Of a stretch of 64,000 bases of DNA, positions 1 to 13,175 are shown in pieces. The position numbers and the translations under genes were made by a program. The stretch is from Mobula hypostoma (Eukaryota): the NCBI RefSeq assembly GCF_963921235.1, contig NC_086097.1, positions 18,416,001 through 18,480,000 of the forward strand, written 5' to 3'. Positions within the stretch are counted from its first letter, which is position 1. Each line of letters opens with the position of its first letter. The notes under the pieces are model-generated. The model was not told the DNA's origin. It saw only the letters and a list, made by a program, of their open reading frames with translations, and did not search any database.

Positions 1-896
1 GCTGTGGATGATGATGTAGGTTTTCAAAACTTGCAGAGAGATTTAGGACAGTTAGAAGAGTGGGCTGAAAGATGGCAGATGGAGTTTAATGCTGAAAAAT
101 GTGTGGTTCTACATTTTGGTAGAACTAATCAAAATAGGACATACATATTAAATGGTAGGGCATTAAAGAATGCTTTAGAACAGAGGGATCTAGGAATAAT
201 GGTGCATAGTTCCCTGAAGATGGAATCTCATGTGGATAGGGTGGTGAAGAAAGCTTTTGGTTTGCTGGTCTTTATTAATCAGAGCATTGAGTATAGGAGT
301 TGGGATGTAATGTTGAATTTGTATAAGGCATTGGTAAGGCCAAATCTGGAGTATTGTGTATAGTTCTGCTCACCGAATTATAGGAAAGATGTCAATAAAA
401 TTGAGAGAGTACAGAGGAGGTTTACTAAAATGTTGCCTGGGTTTCATCTCCTAAGTTACAGAGAAAGGTTGAACAAGTTGGGTCTTTATTCTTTGGAGCG
501 TAGAAGGTTCAGGGGGGACTTGATAGGGGTATTTAAAATTATGAGGGGGATTGATAGAGTTGACGTGGTTAGACTTTTTCCTTTGAGAGTGGGAAAGATT
601 CAAACAAGAGGACATGGGTTGAAAATTAGAGGACAAAAGTTTAGGGGTAACATGAGGGAGAACTTCTTTACTCAGAGTGGTAGCTGTGTGGAATGAGCTT
701 CCAGCAGAAGTGGTTGAGGCAGGTTCTATGTTGTCGTTTAAAGTTAATTTGGATAGATATATGGACAGGAAAGGAATGGAGGGTTATGGGCTGAGTGCAG
801 GTCGGTGGGACTAGGATAGGGTAAGAGTTCGGCATGGACTAGAAGGGCCGAGATGGCCTGTTTCAGTGCTGTAATTGTTATATGGTTATATGGTTG
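1..896 (+). mobile_element. CR1 LINE, 3' part (RT C-terminus, 3' UTR, tandem tail); runs off the window start
   Basis: ORFs 4-363 and 430-696 contain CR1 motifs (LQRDLGQLEEWAERWQMEFNAEKC, LVRPNLEYCV, LYSLERRR, TRGHGLK); stop at 361; ends in (GTTATATG)n tail at about 877-896. Confidence 0.93.
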
Positions 897-1180
897 TATA
901 GGAGCAGAATTAGGCCATTCAGCCCATCAGCACTAATCTTCCTTTCCATCATGGCTGATTTACTATCCCTCTCAACCTTATCCTTCTGCGTTCTCCCTGT
1001 AACTTTTGATGCCCTGACTAATCAAGAACATATCAATTTCCACTTTAAATATATCCAATGACTTGGCCTGCACAGCTGTCTGTGGCAATGAATAGCACCC
1101 TCTGGCTAAAGAAGTTCCTCCTCATCTCCGTTCTAAATGGACATCTCTCTATTCTGAGACTGTGCACTCTGGATCCAGAG
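897..1180 (-). mobile_element. Older CR1 3'-end fragment
   Basis: GGAGCAGAATTAGGCCATTCAGCCC...CACCCTCTGGCTAAAGAAGTTCCTCCTCATCTC is the reverse complement of the CR1 3' UTR and FFSQRVV region seen at 34180-34440. Confidence 0.8.
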
Positions 1181-1460
1181 ATGCTGCATGTGGGATTAAT
1201 TTAGATTGGCATCACGGTTCTTACAGGTATCATGGGTTGATGAGACCGTTCCTGTGCTGTACTGTTACATATTAATACTAGTAGAGAAGAATGCTGTCGC
1301 TTTGAGACCATCACCCGCTAAAGAGAGACTAACTGCTCTCAGGGCTGTATTGTATGTGAAGCGTCCAGAGACAGCCTGTGAAGATGCCTTAAATAAATAC
1401 CACGTTTGGTTTGAACTCCTCCTCTCTCCTCTGTATCAGTCTCACACTCTGTAACTGGAT

Positions 1461-2330
1461 TGGAATCAGAATCAGAGTCAGGTTTAATATCACTGGCGTA
1501 TCTCGTGAATTTTGCTATTTTGTGGCAGCAGCACAATGAAATGTATGAAATCCCGCTGGTCTCATTGGCTGCATAAGTCTAGGGGAGGCACTCTCCAGTT
1601 CTGCAGGAGATTGAGATGCTCTTCCACCCCAAAACCCCTTTTGTGTGGATGCTGTGTAATTTGCTACCCTGTTACAACTCAGTGCCAAGAAACAACTACA
1701 CACGATTAAAGGAATTATATTTATGACTCTTAACTAAAAGGTTAGTAAAGAAAACAAAAAACAAAAAAGACCCATTATTATTAAACAGTTAAATGTGCAC
1801 CAGTGGAGCACAATTCACTGATCCTCAGTCGATACCACTGTCTGGCTTCATCGAATCATGATCTCCCCACCGAGTCGTATCCTACGATTTGTTCGGTGGG
1901 AGAGGAAGAGAGAAGACACTGGAGAGGACCAAAGACCCAGCTCACATTCCAAAGCATCCGTTATCTCTAACCATAACCCAAGCACTGTTTCTACAGAAAG
2001 ATCATTATGTTAGCATCAAAACTTTCTCCAGGGCATTACGTACATGATTATAAAAAAGAACTATACATTAAAATAAGGAAAAAAAATAAAACAATTAAAT
2101 AGTAGTGCAAAAAGAGAGCAAAAAAAGAAAACAAAACAATGAGGTAGCGTAAATGAATTCATTGTCCATTTAGAAATCTGGTGATGGTGGAGAAGAAGTT
2201 GTTCCTGAAATTTTGAGCGTGTGTCTTCAGGGTCCTCTACCTCCTCCTTGATGGTAACAAGGTCCTGGGAGAAGGGGGTCCTTAATGATGGATGTCGCCT
2301 TTTCCCTTGAGGTATCACTTCAACGCTGTG
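1461..2330 (-). mobile_element. Rex1/Babar LINE 3' end, interrupted by an unidentified ~500 bp insert (about 1541-2044)
   Basis: GAATCAGAATCAG...GGTTTAATATCAC is the reverse complement of the (GATTCT)n tail at 60160-60180; 2190-2310 matches the reversed Rex1 3' coding end. Confidence 0.7.
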
Positions 2331-2384
2331 GAGTCTAGAGCCCATGATGGAGCTTTTTTAGAACTTGTGTTTGGCTTTCTGACT

Positions 2385-3362
2385 AAGACTGCTATCAATA
2401 GTGAGAGACAGCATTACCTCTGCCATGATTATCCTCAATACCGGTGCTCACAAGGTTGCATCCACAACCCACAACTCTGCTCCACGCACATTCTTGACTG
2501 CATGACCTGGTTCAGCTCTAAAGCCATCTGCAAGTTTGGAGATAATACCACTGTAGCGGGCTGCATTGCAGATAACAAGTTGGAGTACAGGAAAGAGTAG
2601 AGGGATTTTGACATGGTGTCATGACAACAACCTCCCCCCCAAAGTCAGCAAATGAGGTGGCCATTGATTTCAGAAAGGGTGGCAGTGTACATGCCCCTGT
2701 CTTCATCAAGAGTGTTGAGGTTGAGAGAGTTGATAAGTTCTAGTTGCCAGGTTTGAACAGCACCAGTAGGCTGACCTGGACCAACTACATTGATGTCACG
2801 GCCAAGAAAGCTCACAAATCCCATTGCTTTCTCAGGAGGCTAAAGAAATGTGGCGTGTCCTCGTCTACTCTCATCAATTTTATCACCACAGAAAGCACTC
2901 TGTCTGCACGTATAATGGCTTGTTATAGCAACTGCTCTGCACATGAGAGCTGTGGACATAATTCAGCATATCATAGGAATAAGCCTCCGCTCTGTGGACT
3001 ATTTATACTTCTCACTGCCTCAGTGAAGCAGCCAGCATAGTCAAAGAACCCACCCACCCAGACATTCTCACTTGTCCCCTCTCCCACAGGGCAGTAGATA
3101 CAAAAGTCTGAAACATGTAACACCAGACCCAAGGACAGCTTTTATTCCAAACTCTTGAACAGACCTCTTGTATGATAGAATCTATTCTTGGCCTTACAAC
3201 GTACTTTGTTAAGACCTGCTCTGCACTTTTTCAGTGCTTTTACACTTTATTCTGCAATGTTATAGTTTTATGCTATTCTAGCTCAATGCACTGTTTAATG
3301 ATTTGATCTGGATAAACTGTATCTCAGTACATCTGACAACAATCAACCAATACCAATACCAA
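2385..3362 (+). mobile_element. Rex1/Babar LINE RT fragment with (CCAATA)n tail
   Basis: Degenerate G-QG, KFGDNTTVAG (FADD box), LTWTNYID-TAKKA and FLRRLKK motifs, collinear with 59130-59900. Confidence 0.8.
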
Positions 3363-5089
3363 CAGGTTCTTTAAGGTTGTCATAACCAGAGGTGGTAGTA
3401 GGGATAAGCTGTCACTACCTATTAAATGGTCCCGATGGTGTGGATGTCAAATAGCCTCTGACGAGCAAGTCCAGCTCCTGGTCTTTATTTATGGCTTAGC
3501 TACTAAGCCCAGCAGAAGCATTTGACAGGAGAAGGGGAGCGTTACTGGTGCCTTAAAACCATTCACTCTGAAAAGATGGGACTCGACAGCTGTGTTTTGC
3601 AGCTCAACTAGGAGAAGGAAAACTTTGATCTTAAACTCTACTGCCTTGTGGCTATTCCCACTCATGGGGGAAGCTTCGGAGTAAACCCCGAGGAAAAATC
3701 TGGCGCTGGCGTCCCTCAGCCAGTCGTGCGTTGAGGAGCCGGAGTCCCTAAGGCAGTCCTACATTGAGCTACATTGAGTTCAATCCTGAATGGCAATTCC
3801 TGTGACACCGCTGGTGCCGAACTGGTCCAGTCTCTGCCATTCCTTTGGATCCATCAGCTGCATGAAGGCGGGGGGAGGGGGAGCATGCTGCATGGGCAAC
3901 AAGTTTACTCTCCATATTGTACTGCCCTTGCTGACATACTGGTTTGCATAGATAACTAGGACGCAACACCCATGGTCAACTCTGATCAACTTAAGGCCTA
4001 CCAATACAGACTATGTCAGCAGTCAAGAATTATTAAGCACATATGCAGTGCATTGAAGAACAGCGGACTGTAAAGCTTACAGTGAGAGAAAATATTGTTC
4101 CGCTATATCAATACTGATAAAATAGGTTTTCTTAGTGTGCCTGACCAAGTGTGTCCTTTCATTCTGGAAAGTAATTCATTTTTCAGAAGCAGCCATAAAC
4201 TATCTCCATTTCCTCTCATTTCAATTACCTCTCTATAAAGGAGAAATCTTGCTTCTGCACTGCACCTATCCTGCATCTGGTAGAATTACGAGACATGCAC
4301 TTTACTCAGAGTAAAAATTTTATCTTAAAACATTTCTTTAAGTCTGTCTCCTGAGGTAGTTAGTTCTCTTCTCCATCAAAATCTGTGTCCAGTTCCCTGA
4401 AGACTTCAGAGTAACAACATATTGGCAATTGCTCAACACTGGAAATATTTTTCATCTCTGAAGATGACATTCTTTTCTCTCTTTGCAACAATTGCAAAGT
4501 ATTATATGCCGCTTGTAAGACTTTACAGTGGTGCTTACAACAATATCTTGTTGAGTAGATGTGATAGGTTGAAGAAATCTGGGCTAAGAGGGCTTGTGCT
4601 TTGTCGTTTGTTCTGTCACAGGACAAGCCTGAAGATTTATTTCATGTCATCTGCAACTTGTCAAAAATTGCATCTCTTCGATAGAGCTAAAAGAGAAGGG
4701 AAAGAGGATGTGAGGCAGTTATCACCTTATTTCTGGAAACTTAGCAATATGAAGTGACAGCCAATGTCATTAGAAAGAACAGACTCAGAACCTGAGCATA
4801 TGAGAAGGAACTGAAGTGCTTTTATAAAACAGTATTTTATACAACTGGCAATTCATTAGCCATTTTTGCAAAGGAAAATCAAAACTCTGATTAGGAAAGG
4901 AGAAGTAGGATACAAGGATAATCAGAGTAGAACTATGAAACAAGCTGTTAAAACTTCCAAAGATATACAAAAGGGCATAGGGAAAGACATTTTCGGTATC
5001 TCAAAGAAAGTAGCATGGGTGAAAAAATAGTATTGGAGAAATTAATGAGAGAGAAAACCAATAACTCCCTAAGATCTGGAGCACAACCT

Positions 5090-6130
5090 TCTGAGTGAAT
5101 GAATTTTCTTGAACTCTCTCTTAAATGAATAACCCAGTGACATCATGATCCATATTCTCCCACAAGAAGACAAAACTCTCCACCTAAGCCCTGACAAGAA
5201 TTTTATATGTTTCAAACATATTCCTTCTCACTTTTCTGCACTTCAGCAGATGCATGACAACGATTCATTATAAAACAATCCGCTTATTAGCATGGTAAAC
5301 CTTACTGGATTGATAAACATTCTCAGAACTGCTTCCAAAGTATTAACACCCTTCTTTAAATAAGGACATTGATAATGTACCGTACATCAGATGTGATGTC
5401 CCCAAGATCCGATGTAATTACAGTATAATCACCCTGAACACAACATTTCTACTTTTCTATTCTGTTGTCCAGGAAATAAACAACAATATGCTGTTACCTT
5501 TTCTACTTGGACTTGAACACCATTCTGTATCCCAGAGCTGTACAATCGCTCACCATTTAGATAATATCAAATATGCTTCTTTATTATTCTGGCCAAGATG
5601 GACAATTTCACATTTTCAACATTATAAACCATTTGTCATGTTTTTGGTTGTCGCCTAACCCTTCTTAATCTCTTTGTGGCTTCTTATTATGTTCTCTTCA
5701 CGACTTACTTTCCTACTCGCGCTTGACTCTATCTGTCCTTGTGTCATTGGGTGATAAGAAATGAGAGGATAATTAGGCTATAAAACATAGGAGAAAAATT
5801 AGGCCATTCAGCCCATAAAGTCTGCTGTACTATTGCAACATGGCTGAATTATTATCTCTCTCAAACCCATTCTCTTGCCTTCTCCCCATAACTATAGAAG
5901 CACCGACCAAGCAAGAATCTATCAGACTTTGCTTTAAATATACCCAATACCTTGGCCTCCACAGCCATCTGTGGCAATGAATTTCACAGATTCACCACTC
6001 TCTGGCTAAAGAAGTCCCTCCTCATCTCTGTTCCAAAGGGACGTCCTTGTAGTCTGTGTCCTCTGGTGCTTGGCTCCCCGAATATGGGAAGCATCCTCTC
6101 CACTTTCACTCTATCTAAGAATTTCAGTAT
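5090..6130 (-). mobile_element. Old CR1 fragments (RT C-terminus and 3' UTR)
   Basis: Reverse-complement CR1 motifs, e.g. GAATTTCACAGATTCACCACTCTCTGGCTAAAGAAG and AGGCCATTCAGCCC. Confidence 0.65.
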
Positions 6131-6822
6131 TTTAGATTATGAGAACACTCAGTCCTCTTTTATTGTCATTTAGAAATGCATACATGCATTAAGAAATAAT
6201 ACAATGTTTCTCTGGCGCGATATCACAGAAAACAAGACAGACCAAAGACTAACACTGACAGAACCACATAATTATAACATATAATTACAGCAGTGCAAGC
6301 AATACCATAATTTGATGAAGAACAGTCCATAGGCACAGTAAAAAAAAAATAGTCTCAAAGTCCCTGAGTCGATCGACTCCCGAGTCCCCGATAGCAGGCG
6401 GCAAAAGGGAGAAACTCCCTGCCATAAACCTCCAGGCACTGTCAACTTGATAGGTTTCAGTGAGATCCCCCCCACCAAGACCCTAAGATTTAATCTGTTC
6501 TTGTGTCAGTGGCTTATGAGAATTTAAAAGATAATACTGTCGGGAGCAGATTTAGTTGTCAGGTTGGATGAAAACACAATGAAGGAACAGCAAGGAACAT
6601 TGTAATTATGCCAGTACAAGAGGTTTGACACCTAAGTAGAATGAACTCAGACCATGGATTGGCTCTGGGGACTGGGGTACCATAGCCATAGCAGAAACAT
6701 AGCTTAGGGAAGGGTAGGGCTGGCAGCCTGGTGCTTCAGGATATAGATGCAATAGACATGACGGAGTGCAGGTAAGAGAGCACATGAAAGGGGACATAAT
6801 AACAGCCCTTAGAGAGGATATT

Positions 6823-7157
6823 CATAGAAACATAGAAAACAGGTGCAGGAGTAGGCCATTCGGCCCTTCGAGCCTGCACTGCCATTCAGTATGATCATGG
6901 CTGATCATCCAACTCAGAACCCTGTACCTGCTTTCCCTCCATACCCCCTGATCCCTTCAGCCACAAGGGCCATATCTAACTCCCTCTTAAATATAGCCAA
7001 TGAACTGGCCTCAACTGTTTCCTGTGGCAGAGAATTCCACAGATTCACCACTCTCTGTGTGAAGAAGTTTTTCCTCATCTCGGTCCTAAAAGGCTTCCCC
7101 TTTATCCTCAAACTGTGACCCCTCGTTCTGGACTTCCCCAACATCGGGAACAATTCT
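6823..7157 (-). mobile_element. Young CR1 3' end, same subfamily as 44240-45186
   Basis: ORF 6914-7168 LFPMLGKSRTRGHSLRIKGKPFRTEMRKNFFTQRVVNLWNSLP; (TTTCTATG)n tail; nearly identical to 44840-45170. Confidence 0.92.
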
Positions 7158-7439
7158 TCATGTATCATTTACAAACACCATGTAGACTGAACCAAATAAG
7201 AGTAACTCTGCTGGGATCGTATTATAGACACCCTCTGCCCCCCAGTAATCAATGGGAATCAGAAAAGCAGATACATAGAAAAATTTCAACTAGTTGTAAA
7301 TATAATATAATATTATGTAAATAATCAAAACAAGGGGCTTAGCCTGAAACATTGACTACTTGTACCTTTCCATGGATGTTGCCTAACCTGCTGAGATTCT
7401 CCAGCATTTTGTGTGTTATTCTCAATCTGCAGAATCTCT

Positions 7440-8740
7440 TGTGTTTATTCATTTCCCTGATATTGACTGGGCCAACCGTGGTGTGGCCCGCTTGGATGAA
7501 GTGGAATTCGTGAAATATGTCCAGGAAAGCTTACTTGTTCATTATTTAGCTGCTGGAGATGGTGTCAACACTAGACCTCTTTCTGCAGAATGTGTTCAGG
7601 CAAGTGTTGGAGCCCTGGCACTTTGGGATGACAAACCAGGGTACATGGTGATTGGTTGGGCATGGTGGAACAACAGTACATGGGAATACAGATGTTATAA
7701 GGAAAGGTTGAATAGGTTAGGACTTTTGGAGTGCAGAATAATAAGGGGAGATCTTATACAGGTATAGAAATTTATGAGGAGTGAAGGCATGCAAGCTTTC
7801 TCCATTCAAGTGGGGTAAGAATAGAACAAGAACTATTTTAGAGTGAAAGTGACATTTTTAAGGGAATTTTTGGGGAAGCATCTTCACTCAGAGGATGGTG
7901 TGAGTGTGGAACAAGCTGCGAGCGGAAGTGGTGGATGTGGGTCCTATTGCAACATGTAAGAGAAATTTGGATAGGAGGTGCTGGGAGGGCTATGGTCCAG
8001 GTGCAGGTAAATGGGACTAGGCAGAAGATCAGGTTAGCATGGACTAGATGACCCAAAGAGTCAGTCTTTGTGCTGAGGTACTCTACGACTTAATGACTCT
8101 ATGTTAGATTGTGAGAAACATAGACAGGGCAGATAGTCAGTATCTTTTTCCCAGGGTAGAAGTGTCAAACATGATAGATTTAAGGTGAGAGGGGAAGGGT
8201 TTAATGGAGATTTATGAGGCATGCTTTTTACAGAGAGAGTTAGATGCCTGGAAAGTCCTGCCAGGGTAAGTGATGGAAGCAGAAATAGCAGCAAATTTCA
8301 AAAGGCACTTAGACACTTGAACAGGCAGGGAATGGAGAGAACTGAGCAAGTGCAGATAGCATTAGTTTGCTTTGGCACAAACATTGTGTGGCGAATGGCC
8401 TGTGGCTGAGTTGTACTTTTCAATGTTCTAGACATTAAAAAGAGATTCAGATAAATTAGACTACTTGCATTTTTATTTGTCTCAAATTGTACCTAAAGTA
8501 CAGTGCTGTGTAGTTTTTTAAAAATATAATTCTGTTAAACAAATAAAACAATATGCCAGAGGAAATGGTTGAGGCGGGCACAGTAACAAGATGTATACAG
8601 CATTCGGACAGTCACGGATATGTAAAGGTTTATATAGATATGGGTCAAATACAGGTAAATGGTCCTAGCTTAGATGGGCACGTTGGTCGGCATGGAAAAG
8701 CTGGCCCAGAGGGGATGTTTCTGGGCTGTTTTACTCCATA
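7440..8740 (+). mobile_element. Cluster of decayed CR1 fragments
   Basis: FPDIDW...EFVKYVQES (endonuclease region), YKERLNRLGL-E-R-IRGDLI, and several 3' UTR copies. Confidence 0.65.
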
Positions 8741-9249
8741 GTTCCATAATAGTTCAGATATGACTATGCTTGTGATCCTTTCCGGATGTCTGTGAAACTG
8801 TCTGGGCACCTCTGTTGCATTCAGTTCTGTTGGTGTTGTATGAGTGAGAGTTGTGGATCATGTGACATGGTTCATGCTTCCTCCATTTCCTGCAAACCAT
8901 CAGTGCCTTTGGGAGAAACATATTCCCTTCATTACTTGCTCTCAATAAACCAGAAGCACATCTCACAGACTCTAGGAATGAGACTTCAATTAAAACCTCT
9001 GCACTGTCACATCAATGACCTGCACACAGCACCCTCAGGATCCTTAGCATCATGTTAGATAATTCACTGGAGGTCTCGTCACTGACAGAAAATATAAATA
9101 CTGAAGTATGTTGGATGCCTGAAATAAAAACAGAAAATGCTCAAAAGGCTCATCTCTGATGAAAGGCTTTCAATTCTGTTTCTCTCTCAACAGATGCTGC
9201 CTGACCTGTTGAATGTCTCTATTACTTTCTGATTTTATTCCTTCACTTA

Positions 9250-9812
9250 AAAAACACAACACAGAAAATGCTGGAGGAACTCAGCAGGTCAGGCAGCAAC
9301 TTTGGAAAGCAGTTTCACGGCAGATGCTGGTGATATTAAATCTGATTCTGATTTTGAAGTAAAACAGTCGACCTTTTGGGCTGAGGCTCTTCATTAGGAC
9401 TGGAAGGGAAGGGGGAAGAAGCCAGAATAAGAAGGTGGTGGGGGGGGGGGGGAGGAGGAGAACAAGTTGGCAAGTGATAGGTGAAGCCAAGTGAGAGGAA
9501 AGGTGGGTGAGTGGAAGAGGAGCGATGAAGTGAGAAGCTGGGAGGCGATATGTGGAAAAACTAAAGGAGTGAAGAAGAAAGAATCTCACCTGGCTTCATC
9601 TATCACCTTCTACCTTGTGCTTCTCACCCTTTCCATCACCTTCTTTTTCTGGCTGCTTCCCCCTTACTTTCCAGAACTGATGAAGGGTCTTGGTCCAAAA
9701 TGTTAACTCCTTATTCCTCTCTATAAATGCTGCCTGACCTGCTGAGATCTTCGAGCATTTTGTGTGTATTAATCTAGATTTGTAACATCTGCAGAATCTG
9801 CCGTGTTTAAAG
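9250..9812. mobile_element. Penelope-like element (PLE) terminal repeats in fold-back arrangement
   Basis: AAAATGCTGGAGGAACTCAGCAGGTCAGGCAGC at ~9264 and its reverse complement at ~9728-9765; the same repeat adjoins GIY-YIG coding sequence at 27503-30094. Confidence 0.75.
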
Positions 9813-11309
9813 CAAGTCGCTTGTAAACTGAGTCACTTTGGTCTGCTCACAGTGCCACAGGCCTGCTTGTGGCCTAGGAGTCTATCAGACCAGTCCATTG
9901 TGAGGGGATACCTCACATTCCTCTTTTCCTGCTCTTCTCCTCACCTCTGCTGCTGTACTGTGGCTGCCTTGGGGAGAGCTCTTTCAGATTCACTTCCCAG
10001 TGAGAATGGAACAGCAGTTGTAAATTGCAGTCCTACTTCAGCGCATGTCTCAGTGTACAAAACATTGAAACCCCATTCTTCACATATTTTTACTTTTTAG
10101 TTTTTTGCACTCTTTGGGAGAGATCAGTATGGGTGGCAGCACTGTGTGGGGAATGTATTAATGTACCCAAAGACAGCAAGCTCCAATGTTTAGTCACATT
10201 ATAAAAATGCTACTCTTTCTTATTTATACAAGACCAAGTATCAATTTAGTGCCTACTTTTGCAGATTTAAATTACAATAGGATCACATATACAATATGCA
10301 TGATAATACACACAAAATGCTGGAGGAACTCAGCAGGTCAGGCGCATCTATCGAGAGGAATAAACAGTTGACAATCGGGTCGAGATGCTTCATCAGAATT
10401 TGTAGAATCTCTTGTGTTTACAGGTATGCATGACAAGATTTTCATTGTATCTTTGTACCTATGAAATAATAGCTCAATTTACCAATTTATCCACCAAAAT
10501 GTACATTCAATACAGGGAACTCCTCCCAATGCAGCTTTGTTAAAAGTGTGAGGACACAATATTTTCAAATTAACTCACAAGCCAAACACAAATTCCAATG
10601 ATGCAGCAAAGAAGTATGAGGATTTTGTGGAGAATAGCTTAATTAATAAAGAACTTCAATGCAAATCTAGAAGGTGGCAAATAGATTCTCTCTTTGGGGG
10701 TATGTCAGTATAGGAACCAATTTGGATAACCGGAGCAGATCCAGAGGCAAGTTAAAGCACTGCCAACAAAGTTCAGAAAAATTCCATGGCTTAAATCATA
10801 GCAGAAAAGTAGAGTGTGAATGATTCTGTGGTGCCACAGTAAGATGTATATGAACACAATGGCTAATAGATAAAGATCTAGCAGCTTTGTAAGATACATT
10901 GGGTAAGCAATTGAACATAACAACAAATGGTTTGTACAAAATGCAGTCAACGTAACACAAAACAAAGGAGAAGCGAAAACAAGAAGGAATTTCTATTGGC
11001 AAAATTATTCTGTCTCCAGTCTGGTGTGTAAAATTGAGATGAGAACACTTGCTGTAAAGTCTGGTTTCCAACACTAAGCTGACCACACTTCATTAGGGCT
11101 GTAATATGTTTTCAGATGGCCAGAGGGGAGGATGGGAACCTCATTAATGCAATTCTTATTTAAGTACCACCAAGATATCCACTTCATGTGCTTTAATCTA
11201 CACGTTAAGTAAGAAATAATAAAGGAGAAAATATTTGAAGCACTCTGGTCAGGCACCATCTGTGAGAGACAAAGAGAGTCAACGTTTCAGGTCAATATAC
11301 ACAAAATAA

Positions 11310-12160
11310 TGATGTTCTAATGAAGGGTCTCAGCCAAAAATATCAAATATTTATTTTCCTCCCATAGATGTTGCCTGACCTACTGAGTTCCTCCAGCATT
11401 TTGTGTGTGTTGCTCTGGATTTCCACTATTTACAGAATCTCTTGTGTTTATGATTTCAGGTTAATGATCAGATTAAGTTATCAGAAATGGGAATAGTTAT
11501 CAGAAATGAGATGACGAGCAACACACACAAAATGCTGGAGGAACTCAGCAGGTTAGGCAGCATCTGTGGAAATGAATAAACAGTTGATGCTTCAGGCCGA
11601 GACCCTTCATTGGGACTGGAAAGGAAAGGGGAAGAAGCCAGAATATGAAAGTGGGAGGAGGGGAAGGAGTAGAAGTTCAAAGGTGACAGGTGAAGCCAGG
11701 TGGGTGGCGGAGGGGAGATGAAATAAGAAGCTGGGAGGTGATAGGTGAAAAAGGTAAAGGTCTGGAGAAGAAGGAATCTGATAGGAGAGGAGAGTCAGCC
11801 ATGGGAGGGAAGGAGGAAGTGCCCCAGGAGGAGAATTAGCCAGGTGAGGAGAAAAGAATAGGTAAGAAGGGAGCCAGAACAGGGAATTGAAGGGGGTTAA
11901 GGGCGGGGGGGGGGTGGTAGGGGAAGAAAGGTTAAATGAAGGTAGAGAAATCAATGTTCACGCTCTTATATTGGAGGATACCCAGATGGAATTTGAAGTG
12001 TTTCTCCTCCAACCTGAGAGTGGATTCATCACACAATAGAGCAGGGCATGGACTGACATGTAGAATAGGAATGGGGATTCAAATTGAAATGGTTGCCCAC
12101 CAGCAAATCCTACGTATTGCAATTGAAGCAAAGGTGTTGAACAAAGTGGTCAAGATTAGA
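11310..12160. mobile_element. Two PLE terminal repeats, tail to tail; the minus-strand one extends toward the GIY-YIG 3' region
   Basis: Plus-strand copy 11310-11452 and minus-strand copy from ~11515; 11950-12150 is similar to 55450-55640. Confidence 0.72.
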
Positions 12161-12699
12161 GATCTTGACTGGTTTGAGATGAATAGTTAGAGATGAAACA
12201 CGTTTTAACCTACAGTGAAAGGGAGGAGAAGAGGAGAGAACAAAAGGGAAGGTCTGAGTGAGAAGGGAAGGCTGGGGCTGAATGATGAACACGGAGCAGG
12301 TACACGGTGAAACAAGGTGGTGATCAGGAACAAGCCTAGAGGATGGGTCACCACAGAAATAGTTCCTGAAATTATCAAAGAAGTGTAGATTTAATTTTGG
12401 AAATCTGAAATGAATTTACTGGGAATGCTGATTTTTTGAAATGATTACACTTGGTATTGAATCTGGAAGATTGTAATATATTCAGTTAGAAGATGAGGTT
12501 GGTTCCACAATAATTTGTCAGTGTACTGAGATGAAGCACCTTAGACTTATTACATGTTGAGCCTCTAAGCTCTGCTGGAATTACATGTGACATTTAATGT
12601 CAGATTGTGCAAAACAAGCATACAATTTGGCTCTCCTGTCCAATATAATCAGAATATGAACACACAGAAAGAGTCAACGAGGATGGCCATACATAAGAC

Positions 12700-13175
12700 C
12701 ACAAGACATAAAAGCAGAATTAGGGCATTCAGTCCATCAACTCTGCTCCATTATTCCATCACAGCTGATTTATTATCCCTCTCAACTGCATCCTCTCGCC
12801 TTCTCCCTGTAACCTTTGACATCCTGACTAATTAAGACTTATCAACCTCCACTTTAAATATATTCAATGACTTGGCGCCTACAGCCACTTGTGGCAATGA
12901 ATTCCACAGATTCACCACCCTCCGACTAAAGAAATTCCTTCTCATCTCCATTCTAAATGGGCATCCCTCTATTCTGAGACGGTGCTCTTTGGTCCCAGAC
13001 ATGCTGCGTGTGGTGGAGGCAGATTCAATAGCAACATTTTTAAGAGACATTTGGACAGATACATGAACAGGCAGGGGCTGGAGGAATAGAGACTACATGC
13101 AGGTATGTGGGATTGGCATTTTGGTTATCATAGATACTGTGGGCTAATGAGTCTGTTTCTGTGCTGTACTGTTGT
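12700..13175. mobile_element. CR1 3' end (minus) joined to an old CR1 3' UTR (plus)
   Basis: ORF 12832-13050 RIEGCPFRMEMRRNFFSRRVVNLWNSLP. Confidence 0.8.

Noticed and set aside
10560..11100. A-rich stretch resembling decayed coding sequence
   Set aside because: Stops in all frames and no identifiable motif
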